From NCBI RefSeq assembly GCF_000010065.1, contig NC_006576.1:390001-422000 (forward strand): DNA of 32,000 nucleotides, given 5' to 3'. The stretch is from Synechococcus elongatus PCC 6301. GTDB taxonomy: Bacteria; Cyanobacteriota; Cyanobacteriia; Synechococcales; Synechococcaceae. Below the pieces are notes generated by a model. The model worked only from the letters and a program-made list of their open reading frames with translations, ran no database searches and had not been told where the DNA came from. Shown one piece after another: positions 21,113-30,042 of this stretch; position 1 is the first letter of the stretch; each line of letters starts with the position of its first letter. Position numbers and translations under genes: made by a program.

Positions 21113-21247
21113 ATGACCAGCAACAACTCCAACCAGCCAATCACCTATCCGATCTTCACGGTGCGTTGGCTGTCTGTGCACGCTCTGGGCGTCCCCAGCG
21201 TGTTCTTCCTGGGCGCAATTGCGGCCATGCAATTCATTCAACGCTAA
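21113..21247 (+). CDS. psbF: Cytochrome b559 beta subunit
   Basis: Hand translation gives [44 protein letters not shown] (44 aa). It falls below the ORF-track size cutoff. Confidence 0.95.
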
Positions 21248-21259
21248 GGATTTGCTCTC

Positions 21260-21385
21260 ATGCCTACGCGCTCGACTAACCCCAATAAGCAGCCGGTTGA
21301 ACTCAACCGGACTTCACTGTTCTTGGGCTTGCTGCTTGTTTTTGTCCTGGGGATTCTTTCTCCAGCTACTTCTTTAACTAGCTAG
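21260..21385 (+). CDS. psbL: Photosystem II protein L, as read carrying a frameshifted C-terminus
   Basis: Hand translation gives [33 protein letters not shown], which is canonical. It then continues SPATSLTS* instead of FSSYFFN*. The canonical ending is readable in the +1 frame and stops at 21379-21381. Confidence 0.85.
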   Translation: MPTRSTNPNKQPVELNRTSLFLGLLLVFVLGILSPATSLTS

Positions 21386-21461
21386 CACTGGCATTGCTTG
21401 CGATCGCCCAAGCCTAGGCTCAATCGATCGCTCTTGTTACTGACTCGAGGAGATTAAAACT

Positions 21462-21581
21462 GTGGCTGGTGGTGGACGTATTCCCCTCTGGATCGTTGCA
21501 ACGGTAGCAGGCACCGGGGCGCTCGTCGTTGTAGGTCTCTTTTTCTACGGCGCTTACGCAGGTCTGGGCTCGTCTCTCTAG
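21462..21581 (+). CDS. psbJ: Photosystem II protein J
   Basis: GTG start 9 nt after GAGGAG. Hand translation gives (M)[38 protein letters not shown] (39 aa). Confidence 0.9.
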   Translation: MAGGGRIPLWIVATVAGTGALVVVGLFFYGAYAGLGSSL

Positions 21582-21597
21582 AATCCTGCAGGAGCAG

Positions 21598-21635
21598 TAA
21601 GAGGTCTGAGTTCGCTCGGGCCTCTTATTTTTTTG
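21598..21635 (+). terminator. Rho-independent terminator of the psbEFLJ operon
   Basis: A 13-bp stem (21598-21610 pairs with 21615-27, including two G.U pairs) is capped by a TTCG tetraloop. Seven T residues follow (21628-21634). Confidence 0.85.
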
Positions 21636-21670
21636 GGCACTCGAAGACTATGGTGGGGCGATCGCTCGAG

Positions 21671-22939
21671 TTAGCGATACCAGCGAGCCAGTTGTTGATC
21701 GCTGACCCCACAATGGTGCGCCAGTAGGATCAGCTGATTGAGCAACGTTGTTTGCAGCACTCCGCGTCGTTGCCAGCGTCGAGCAGAAGTCATCACAGCC
21801 GCTGAGGCGATCGCAATTGTGCCTTGGCGACGCAGTTGCCGCACGAAGCGATAGTCTTCCAACAGCGGCCCTGTACTGAAACCACCGATCGCTCGCCAGC
21901 GATCACGACTGAGAAATAGGGCTTGGTCGCCGTAGGGTTGCTGTAGCCAGTGGCTCCGCCAACGCACACCCCGTTCAATCCAGCGTAAGCGCCAGTCTGG
22001 GCTATCGATTTGGAGCTGAAATGCCCCAGCGACTACCTGCGGCGGTTGCAATGTTTGCAGCACATGCTCCCAAAAGCGGGGGGGTAGACGGGTATCGCCG
22101 TGCAGGAAAAGCAGGATGTTGCCGTGGGCTGCTGCGGCACCTTGGTTGAACTGTCGCCCCCGTCCAGCAGGGCTATGAATCACCTTGGCTCCCCAAGCTT
22201 GGGCGATCGCAACTGTTGCGTCTTGACTGCCACCATCGACGACTAAAGTCTCTACCGGGGCATCCCCGATCAAAGCCAAAGTTTGGGGCAGGTTTGCTGC
22301 TTCATTGAGGGTGGTGATAATCACCGACAGTTGCGGCTGGGGTTGCCAGAGATTGAGATCTTCAGGGCGATCAAGATCGGAGAGAGATTCGAGCTGTGCG
22401 ACTTGGAGATCTGCTACTTGAGCAGCTTCTAGGGTTTGTACCAAGACGCGATCGCTACCCCAGTCAATGTTTTGAAACAGTTGGGGTTGGGGTTGACTCA
22501 GACCGATCAGCCAATAGCCGCCGTCACTTGCGGGTCCAATCACGACATCCGCTTGCTGGAGAACCGCAAACGCCTCGTCCAGATGATGGGGCTCGATTTG
22601 AGGACAATCACTGCCGATGATCACGGTGCGATCGCAGCCTACTTGCCATGAATCCTGAAACGCTTGATGCAGGCGATCGCCCAAATCCCCCTCGGCTTGA
22701 GGCTGCACCTCAACCGCTCCTAGCCACTGCTGCCAAGCCTCGGATGTGCCGCCACTGGTGGCGATCAGCACTTCAGTTTGGGGCGATCGCGCTTGCCAGC
22801 AATGGGCCGTAAACACCGTCCACTCCGTCAACTGGCGCTGTAGATCAGCTGCTCCCTCGGGTCCCAGTGCCGGAATCAGCCGCGTCTTCGATCGCCCAGG
22901 TTCGGGATAGCGACTAAAGAGAATCAGGCGCTGACTCAT
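21671..22939 (-). CDS. Fusion of a DUF2064 (TIGR04282-like) transferase and a GT2 (TIGR04283-like) glycosyltransferase
   Basis: The N-terminal half (LILFSRYPEPGRSKTRL..) is DUF2064-like. The C-terminal half (LSVIITTLNEAANL..VVDGGSQD..) is GT2-like. Family names are from memory. Confidence 0.6.
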   Translation of the reverse strand: MSQRLILFSRYPEPGRSKTRLIPALGPEGAADLQRQLTEWTVFTAHCWQARSPQTEVLIATSGGTSEAWQQWLGAVEVQPQAEGDLGDRLHQAFQDSWQVGCDRTVIIGSDCPQIEPHHLDEAFAVLQQADVVIGPASDGGYWLIGLSQPQPQLFQNIDWGSDRVLVQTLEAAQVADLQVAQLESLSDLDRPEDLNLWQPQPQLSVIITTLNEAANLPQTLALIGDAPVETLVVDGGSQDATVAIAQAWGAKVIHSPAGRGRQFNQGAAAAHGNILLFLHGDTRLPPRFWEHVLQTLQPPQVVAGAFQLQIDSPDWRLRWIERGVRWRSHWLQQPYGDQALFLSRDRWRAIGGFSTGPLLEDYRFVRQLRRQGTIAIASAAVMTSARRWQRRGVLQTTLLNQLILLAHHCGVSDQQLARWYR

Positions 22940-23106
22940 GAGAGCGCTGGAGCAGGCTGCTAAGGTTCACGGCAGGGCTGAGGCGATCGCAAACCGTCCA
23001 AGCCGACCTGTGTCAGTCTACAGCGGGCCAGCCTAGGCACTGTGAGCTCTGCCGGCGATCGCGCCGCTATGTTGAAATCAGCTTCAGTGTTGTTTGAGTC
23101 ATTGGC

Positions 23107-24657
23107 TTGAAACTTCTGCACCGTTGGTCTGTTCCTCTGACTCGACCGATCACCCCCTCCCCGCGATCGTGGCGGCTGTGGGGACTGACGCTGCTTTCGG
23201 GGCTAGCGATGGCGGCGGCCATGCCCCCACTGGGATTGTGGCCCCTAGCTTGGATAGCCTTGATTCCCCTCTGGCGATCGCTGTTACAGCCGGGCCAAAG
23301 TCTTCAGGCCCGCCAACAAGCCTGGCTATGGGCGGCGGCGTTTCAAGGGCCAACCCTGATCTGGATTACTGGCCTGCATCCCCTGACTTGGATGGGGCTG
23401 AGCTGGGGCACCAGTCTGGCGATCGCTTGGGGCTGCTGGCTGGTCATCACCGCTTGGGGCTTGGTGCAAACTCGAGTCTGGGTCTGGGCGGTGCAACGTT
23501 TGCCCCAACACTGCGGCCTACGGCTGGTAGGCGGCGTTGGCCTCGGGGGCTTGGTGGACTGGCTTTGGCAGCAGTCGCCGCTCTACTGGTCGCCCTTAGC
23601 ACTCAGTCAAAGTCCGGCCAACACTTGGCTGCTGCCCTTAGCTGAGTTGAGCGGTGCGGAGGGGTTGACCCTATTGATTGTGGCCGTCAATGGCCTACTG
23701 GCTTGGGCCAGCCTCAGTCGGCAGCGATCGCTGCTCGTGGGGGCGATCGCCCTCTGGTGCTGTGCCGAATTGACCGGTTGGGGGTTAGGTCAACTGCGTG
23801 CTGCGGATGGATCAGCACTGACGATCGGCTTGATTCAAGGCAATGTGCCAACTCGGATCAAAACCGGCCCGGAGGGCATCCTGCTGTCACGGCAGCGCTA
23901 CCGTCAGGGCTATCAACAACTGACTGAGGCGGGTGTTGATGCTGTGATCACCCCTGAAGGCTCTGACCCGACCCTCTGGCAAGCTGAGCGATCGCCTTGG
24001 GCACGTTGGTTGTCGCCTGAGTCTCCGCCCTTGCTGTTGGGAACCTATCTCCCGCAGGGCGATCGCTACTGGCAAAGTCTGCTGGCGCTGAAGCCTGGGG
24101 GGGCGATCGCCGGTCGCTACGACAAAGTTCGCCTCGTGCCCCTAGGGGAATATATTCCGGGCGAACGCTGGTTTGGGCGGTGGTTGCATCGGTTATCACC
24201 AATTCAACTGGGGATGCAGGCTGGCCGTTCAGATCAACGCTTTCAGACCCCCGTCGGGCAAATCGCCGCTGCTATTTGTTACGAGCTGGTTTTTCCTGAA
24301 GTGCTGCAATCGCAGGTACAGGCAGGTGCCACCTGGATTTTGTCGGCGGCGAACCTTGACCCCTACAACGAGCAGTTGATGAATCAGCATTTGGCGCTGG
24401 CAGCCTTGCGGGCGGCGGAAACCGATCGCTGGGTCGTGCAGGTTACGAACACGGGCTACTCCGCCCTGATCAATCCCTTGGGGCAGGTGCAATGGCGATC
24501 GCAACCTCGAATCTTTACGACTCAAGCTGTTCGCATAGCTCAGCGATCGAGCCAAACACCCTATGTTCGCTGGGGTGACAGCATGACACCGATCCTTCTC
24601 GTCAGCACTGTTCTCTGGCTGGGGTGGCGGCAGCGCTGGCCTAAACAAACCCTGTAG
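23107..24657 (+). CDS. lnt: Apolipoprotein N-acyltransferase
   Basis: A polytopic N-terminal region is followed by a CN-hydrolase domain (..LIQGNVP.., ..AAAICYELVFPE.., ..LSAANLDPY..). TTG start, which is uncertain. Confidence 0.8.
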   Translation: MKLLHRWSVPLTRPITPSPRSWRLWGLTLLSGLAMAAAMPPLGLWPLAWIALIPLWRSLLQPGQSLQARQQAWLWAAAFQGPTLIWITGLHPLTWMGLSWGTSLAIAWGCWLVITAWGLVQTRVWVWAVQRLPQHCGLRLVGGVGLGGLVDWLWQQSPLYWSPLALSQSPANTWLLPLAELSGAEGLTLLIVAVNGLLAWASLSRQRSLLVGAIALWCCAELTGWGLGQLRAADGSALTIGLIQGNVPTRIKTGPEGILLSRQRYRQGYQQLTEAGVDAVITPEGSDPTLWQAERSPWARWLSPESPPLLLGTYLPQGDRYWQSLLALKPGGAIAGRYDKVRLVPLGEYIPGERWFGRWLHRLSPIQLGMQAGRSDQRFQTPVGQIAAAICYELVFPEVLQSQVQAGATWILSAANLDPYNEQLMNQHLALAALRAAETDRWVVQVTNTGYSALINPLGQVQWRSQPRIFTTQAVRIAQRSSQTPYVRWGDSMTPILLVSTVLWLGWRQRWPKQTL

Positions 24658-24695
24658 ATTGCAGAGAGAAACGCGCAGGGATAGGCGATCGCAGC

Positions 24696-26207
24696 ATGAC
24701 TGTCGGCATTTGGATTCTAGGCGATCAGCTGACTCTGCAGCATCCGGCACTGAGTTCCAGGGCAGTTGATCAGTCGCAGACACGAATTCTGTTGGTTGAA
24801 TCACTCGAACATGCTCAACGGCGACCCTACCACCGACAAAAGCTGGTGTTGCTTTGGTCGGCGATGCGTCACTTTGCAGACGAACTGCGATCGCAGGGCT
24901 GGACAGTGGACTATGTCGAGCAGGCAGATAGCTTTCAAACGGCCGTATCAGCTTGGTGCCAACAGTATCAAATTGCTGAGCTGCAGGTGATGGACCCCGC
25001 CGATCGCTCGTTTCGCGCAATTATCAGCAGTCTTGAATTGACCAGCAGTCTGCATTGGTTGCCAAATTGCCAATTTCTTTGGTCAACGGCTGAATTTACC
25101 GCTTGGGCCAAGCCCTATCGACAGCTCCGGCTCGAGAATTTTTATCGCGAAGGTCGCAAGCGCTGGCAAGTTTTACTGACTGAAGATCAGGAGCCTATCG
25201 GGGGGCAATGGAACTTTGATCCAGAGAATCGTAAGCCTCCTAAAACTGGGCTGCAGCCACCGCCAGCTGCTCATTTTTTGCCAGATGCGATCACGCAAAC
25301 AGTCATTGAAACTGTGCGATCGCTAGAGTTGCCTCTCTACGGAAAGCTGGAACCTTTTCATTGGCCGGTGACGCGATCGCAGGCATTGGAAGCCTTGGAT
25401 CAGTTTTTAACCGTTAAGCTCAAAACCTTTGGCCCTTATCAGGATGCGATGGTCAGCGGCCAAGCCACGATGTGGCATAGCTTGATTGCGCCAGCACTGA
25501 ACTTAGGACTGTTACATCCACTCGAAGTCATTCGCCAAACTGAACAGGCCTTCCACAATAATCAAGCTCCGATCGCCAGTGTTGAAGGCTTTATTCGCCA
25601 AATTCTGGGCTGGCGAGAATATATGTACGGTCTTCATCACTATTTCCCTGATACCTACGGGCAATCAAATTGGTTTGAGCACGATCGCCCTCTGCCTGAA
25701 TTCTTTTGGACGGGTCAAACCGATCTCCATTGCCTCCAACAGTGTTTTCAGCAGATTGAAGCGATCGGCTATAGCCATCACATTCAGCGGTTGATGATTC
25801 TCGCGAACCTTGCTTTGATTGCTGGACTTGATCCTTGGGCAGTCAAAGAGTGGTTTCAGGCAACCCATCTTGATGCCTACGACTGGGTGATGGAGACGAA
25901 TGTGCTCGGCATGGGACTTTTTGCAGATGGCGGAAAGCTTGCCTCAAAACCCTATGCAGCTTCAGCAAATTACATCAATCGGATGAGCAATTACTGTCAA
26001 AATTGTCGCTATGACCCTAAACAACGATTGGGCGATCGCGCTTGTCCTTTCAATGCACTGTACTGGGATTTTCTCGATCGCCACGAGCAAAAACTGCAAG
26101 CACAAGGACGCATGGGCTTAATTCTCAAACAGCTCCAAAAACTGCCAGACAGCGATCGGGCCGCAATTCGCGACCAAGCGGCTCACTGGCAAGCATCTTG
26201 GGATTAA
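24696..26207 (+). CDS. FeS-containing bacterial cryptochrome/photolyase family protein (prokaryotic (6-4) photolyase type)
   Basis: 503 aa starting MTVGIWILGDQL. The C-terminal Cys pattern is C-x2-C-x12-C (CQNCRYDPKQRLGDRAC), with upstream Cys residues in LHCLQQC. This matches PhrB/CryB-type proteins. Confidence 0.75.
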   Translation: MTVGIWILGDQLTLQHPALSSRAVDQSQTRILLVESLEHAQRRPYHRQKLVLLWSAMRHFADELRSQGWTVDYVEQADSFQTAVSAWCQQYQIAELQVMDPADRSFRAIISSLELTSSLHWLPNCQFLWSTAEFTAWAKPYRQLRLENFYREGRKRWQVLLTEDQEPIGGQWNFDPENRKPPKTGLQPPPAAHFLPDAITQTVIETVRSLELPLYGKLEPFHWPVTRSQALEALDQFLTVKLKTFGPYQDAMVSGQATMWHSLIAPALNLGLLHPLEVIRQTEQAFHNNQAPIASVEGFIRQILGWREYMYGLHHYFPDTYGQSNWFEHDRPLPEFFWTGQTDLHCLQQCFQQIEAIGYSHHIQRLMILANLALIAGLDPWAVKEWFQATHLDAYDWVMETNVLGMGLFADGGKLASKPYAASANYINRMSNYCQNCRYDPKQRLGDRACPFNALYWDFLDRHEQKLQAQGRMGLILKQLQKLPDSDRAAIRDQAAHWQASWD

Positions 26208-26485
26208 TCAGAACTAACTCACTGAGCGATCGGGTCTCCTGAAAAAGCCCGCCTCCTCCACGGACTGATGGCGACATGAGTGCCTCCTTATTTAGGGGGA
26301 AGTCTCTCGTCCCTGAAATGTGAAGCAGTTTTGCTTCAGTCAATGGCAATCCTGGCTCTCAGCTTCAAAGCAAGGGTGGTTGATCTAGGCCACATGACGT
26401 CAGCAGATCCCGTCGCGAAATCCAAGAGACTGGTGAGGGGACTCGGCAGGACTGATAGGATCGAGCCGCATCCTGCTGCAGTGCT

Positions 26486-26968
26486 ATGAGTCGCTTTCGC
26501 ATCGGTAATGGCTACGATATCCATCGCTTGGTGGAGGGCCGTCCCCTCATCCTTGGGGGCATTCAACTAGAACACTCCCTTGGGCTGGATGGGCACAGTG
26601 ATGCCGATGTGCTGACCCACGCAATCATGGATGCCCTGCTCGGTGCCCTGAGTTTGGGCGATATTGGCCACTACTTTCCGCCGACGGATCCGCAGTGGAA
26701 AGGGGCCGATAGTCTGAAGCTGCTGGCTCAGGTGAATCAACTGATCCGCGATCGCGGCTGGACGATTGGCAACCTCGATTCTGTCGTGGTGGCAGAGCAA
26801 CCAAAACTAAAGCCCCACATCGCAGCGATGCGCGATCGCCTCGCGAAGGTGCTTGAGCTAGAGCCTGATCAGATTGGCATCAAAGCAACCACCAACGAAA
26901 AACTGGGGCCTACGGGGCGAGAAGAGGGAATCTGTGCCTATGCCGTGGCGCTCTTGGTTCGTGATTAA
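26486..26968 (+). CDS. ispF: 2-C-methyl-D-erythritol 2,4-cyclodiphosphate synthase
   Basis: [11 protein letters not shown]....[17 protein letters not shown] is canonical IspF. Confidence 0.95.
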   Translation: MSRFRIGNGYDIHRLVEGRPLILGGIQLEHSLGLDGHSDADVLTHAIMDALLGALSLGDIGHYFPPTDPQWKGADSLKLLAQVNQLIRDRGWTIGNLDSVVVAEQPKLKPHIAAMRDRLAKVLELEPDQIGIKATTNEKLGPTGREEGICAYAVALLVRD

Positions 26969-28703
26969 CCTCCGCCGCTGGCTGGCTTTTTGTCTGGCGG
27001 CTGTGCTGCTAGTGGCCTGTGGTCGTGCGAGTGCACCGCCCCGTCAGCAGCTGATCGCCAGCGTACGTTTCGATCCCAAAACCTTCAACTACGCCTTAAA
27101 CGAGGAATCGCCCAACGTTTTTGGGCTGCTCTACGAAGGCCTTGTCCACGTCAATGGCTTTGATGGCAGCCTAAAACCTGGTCTGGCTGAGTCGTGGCAG
27201 ATTAGCCCTGATCGCCTGCAGGTGGTCTTTCAGTTGCGGCCCGATCTGCGCTGGTCCGATGGCCAGCCCTTGACGGCGGCAGACGTCGACTTCACCTACA
27301 ACCGCATCTACTTCAATCCCAAGGTGCCAACTGGCGCGCGGGATATTCTGCGGATCGACCAAGATTTACCAACGGTTAGGGCCGCGGGCGATCGCCAGGT
27401 GATTGTCCAGACGCCCCGCCCCTTTGCCCCGCTGCTGCGAAACATGGCACTGCCGATTTTGCCCCAGCATGCCCTTGCCACTTCGCTTGAGCAGACTGAT
27501 AGTCAGGGAAATCCGGCTTTTTTGAGCACTTGGGGTACGGAGACTGATCCAAAGCAAATTATTGTCAACGGCCCGTTTCGGTTACAGCGCTATCAACCGG
27601 GCCAACGGATTATTTTTGAACGGAATCCCTACTTTTATCAGCGCGATCGCGATGGGAGTCCGCTACCCAAAATCGATCGTCTCGTTTGGCAAATTGTCGA
27701 GAATTCCGACACCCAATTGCTACAGTTCCGCTCGGGCGATTTAGATGTTTTAGAGCCGATTCAGCCCGGTGATTTCTCGCTCTTAAAACGAGAAGAACAG
27801 CGTGGTAATTTCACAATCTATAGTGGTGGCCCTGAACCGCTGACCGTTTATCTAACCTTTAATCTCAACCAAGGGCGGCGCAAGGGTAAACCTCTTGTCG
27901 ATCCGATCAAATCAGCTTGGTTTAATGATGTTCGTTTCCGCCAAGCGATCGCCTACGCCATCGATCGCCCCGCGATCGTCGATACGGCTTATCGCGGCTT
28001 AGGTGTAGTTGTCAACTCATTGATCATTCCCCAGAGTCCCTTTTATCTCAGCCCCGAGGAGGGATTACCGGTCTATAACTTCAATCAGCAAAAGGCGGAA
28101 GCACTGCTGAAAGAGGCAGGATTTCAAACAGATGCGGATGGTCAACTGCGCGATCGCCAGGGCAATCCTGTTCGCTTCACCGTCATCACCAATGCTGAGA
28201 ATCCTGTACGTGTCGCCATGGGTGCCCGGATTAAGGGCGATCTGGCCCGTCTGGGGATTCAGGTCGACTTTACGCCGATCGCTTTTAGTAGTGTGATCGA
28301 TCGCCTGAGTAATCAGTTGGATTGGGAAGGTTTGATTCTTGGACTGACCAGCAACATTGAACCTAACAGTGGTGCGAATGTATGGAATCCTCAAGGCAGT
28401 TTACACCTGTTTAATCAGCAGCCCAGTGAGAGCCAAGCACCCATTGAGGGTCAACAAGTTGCCCCTTGGGAAGCTGAAATCTATCGCTTATTTGTTGCTG
28501 CGGCCCAGGAACTGAATGACGATCGCCGCAAGGAAATCTATGGTCAAGCTCAGCGTCTTGCCCAGCAATATTTACCTTTTATCTATCTGGTCAATCGCCA
28601 ACAAATTGCCGCTGTCCGCAACACAGTCACCCCTATTCAGTTCTCAGAGTTGGGCGGTGCGCTTTGGAATACAGAATTCGTATCGGTAAGTGCTGATGAT
28701 TGA
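26940..28703 (+). CDS. ABC-transporter substrate-binding lipoprotein, family 5 (peptide/nickel type)
   Basis: The ATG at 26940 gives a signal peptide with lipobox LLVAC. Length and sequence are typical of family-5 substrate-binding proteins (SBP_bac_5). It overlaps the end of ispF by 29 nt. Confidence 0.7.
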   Translation: MPWRSWFVINLRRWLAFCLAAVLLVACGRASAPPRQQLIASVRFDPKTFNYALNEESPNVFGLLYEGLVHVNGFDGSLKPGLAESWQISPDRLQVVFQLRPDLRWSDGQPLTAADVDFTYNRIYFNPKVPTGARDILRIDQDLPTVRAAGDRQVIVQTPRPFAPLLRNMALPILPQHALATSLEQTDSQGNPAFLSTWGTETDPKQIIVNGPFRLQRYQPGQRIIFERNPYFYQRDRDGSPLPKIDRLVWQIVENSDTQLLQFRSGDLDVLEPIQPGDFSLLKREEQRGNFTIYSGGPEPLTVYLTFNLNQGRRKGKPLVDPIKSAWFNDVRFRQAIAYAIDRPAIVDTAYRGLGVVVNSLIIPQSPFYLSPEEGLPVYNFNQQKAEALLKEAGFQTDADGQLRDRQGNPVRFTVITNAENPVRVAMGARIKGDLARLGIQVDFTPIAFSSVIDRLSNQLDWEGLILGLTSNIEPNSGANVWNPQGSLHLFNQQPSESQAPIEGQQVAPWEAEIYRLFVAAAQELNDDRRKEIYGQAQRLAQQYLPFIYLVNRQQIAAVRNTVTPIQFSELGGALWNTEFVSVSADD

Positions 28704-29478
28704 TTCACAGGCACTACAAACCCTCCTAGAAGGGGTGGCAACCGGGGCGATCGCCCCTCAACAAGCCTTGGAACAACTGCGCTATCTCGACACTGAAACG
28801 ATCAGTGACTTTGCTCGGATTGACCACCATCGGCAGTTGCGCACCGGGTTCCCCGAAGTCATCTGGGGGCAAGACAAGACCACTGAGCAAATCCTGACGC
28901 TCTTTCGCGCCTATGCGGCCCGCAACCAAGCTGCGATCGCTACGCGCATTGAGCCCGATCGCATTCCCCGACTTCAGGCACAGTTGCCCGAACTGACCTA
29001 CGACTCGATCGCTCGCATCGCTGCCCTGCAACCTCAGCTCCCCCAACCGCAACCGGGACGTTTGGCGGTTGTCAGTGCAGGCACTTCCGATCTACCCGTG
29101 GCAGAAGAAGCCGCAGTCGTGGCTGAACTCTGGGGATTCCGCGTCGATCGCATTCGCGATGTGGGTGTGGCGGGACTGCACCGTCTCTTGGCCGAGCGAT
29201 CGCGACTCGATCAAGCCGATGTGCTGATTGTGGTGGCGGGTATGGAGGGGGCGCTGCCCAGTGTGATTGCTGGCTTAGTAGCCTGCCCAATTATTGCAGT
29301 GCCCACCAGCGTTGGCTATGGTGCTAGTTTCCAAGGTTTAGCAGCCCTGCTCTCAATGCTAAACAGTTGTGCACCCGGCATGGGTGTGGTCAATATTGAC
29401 AATGGATTTGGAGCTGCTCAACTAGCTGGGCGGATCCTCCGCCGTCTGCATCGACTGGGAAGAAGCGACGACCAATGA
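28696..29478 (+). CDS. larB: Nickel-pincer cofactor biosynthesis protein LarB (PurE-like carboxylase/hydrolase)
   Basis: RIDHHRQLRTGFPEVIWG and the PurE-like AVVSAGTSDLPVAEEA...VVAGMEGALPSV fit LarB. Its ATG overlaps the binding-protein gene's stop region. An in-frame GTG also exists at 28690. Confidence 0.75.
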   Translation: MIDSQALQTLLEGVATGAIAPQQALEQLRYLDTETISDFARIDHHRQLRTGFPEVIWGQDKTTEQILTLFRAYAARNQAAIATRIEPDRIPRLQAQLPELTYDSIARIAALQPQLPQPQPGRLAVVSAGTSDLPVAEEAAVVAELWGFRVDRIRDVGVAGLHRLLAERSRLDQADVLIVVAGMEGALPSVIAGLVACPIIAVPTSVGYGASFQGLAALLSMLNSCAPGMGVVNIDNGFGAAQLAGRILRRLHRLGRSDDQ

Positions 29479-30032
29479 GCCTAAACGCCTTTCATTACTT
29501 TTTTGACTGCTGTGTCGGCAGTTGGAGCACTGAGCGCACCTATCACTACCTCAGTCGCCAAGAAGTCGAGCGATCGTATACAGAATTCGCGGTGCGATCG
29601 CTCTCCGCCGAGACAAAAGCGCAAGTTCTGACGGCCAACGCTCTAACCGCAGATCAGGCTTTAGAAAAACTGCTCGGATTCTGCCTCGGCTTTCACACGG
29701 TTTCGGAACACGGCGAAGAAGTCAGCCAAGAACTGAACATGCTGTTTGTGCCTCGAAGCACAGAAGACGGCTGGTTGGTGGGCGACTACCTACGCGATCG
29801 TGCTTACGAAGAAGCGCGTCCCATTATCTCCGCTTTTCGCTTCAACCCTGACAGCCGCGAACTCCTGATGACTACGCGCTACACCCGCACAATTTCTGTC
29901 GATTCGATCACGCTGGTCAATCCTCGCCTGCGAGTGCGTCGCATTTTGAATTACGTCCGACCGGCCAGCGACGATCAACCCCTGGATACGCTTTCCCTAG
30001 TCGGCTTTGGGGTCGAGCAAAAAACAGATTGA
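29475..30032 (+). CDS. CpcS/CpeS-family (phycobiliprotein-lyase-like, lipocalin-fold) protein
   Basis: The N-terminal FF..C.GSWSTERTYHYL resembles the CpcS/CpcU signature (FF..S.G.W.S.RT.H). An ATGA overlap joins it to the larB stop. Confidence 0.55.
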   Translation: MSLNAFHYFFDCCVGSWSTERTYHYLSRQEVERSYTEFAVRSLSAETKAQVLTANALTADQALEKLLGFCLGFHTVSEHGEEVSQELNMLFVPRSTEDGWLVGDYLRDRAYEEARPIISAFRFNPDSRELLMTTRYTRTISVDSITLVNPRLRVRRILNYVRPASDDQPLDTLSLVGFGVEQKTD

Positions 30033-30042
30033 GAGCTGGCTA

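Noticed and set aside
23094-23645. 183-aa ORF in an alternative frame at the start of lnt
   Set aside because: It overlaps the lnt frame, which shows clear membrane and CN-hydrolase homology. The alternative translation is low-complexity.
26125-26349. 74-aa minus-strand ORF in the photolyase/ispF spacer
   Set aside because: It overlaps the 3' end of the photolyase gene antisense and contains a GGGG low-complexity run. There is no Shine-Dalgarno sequence or homology.
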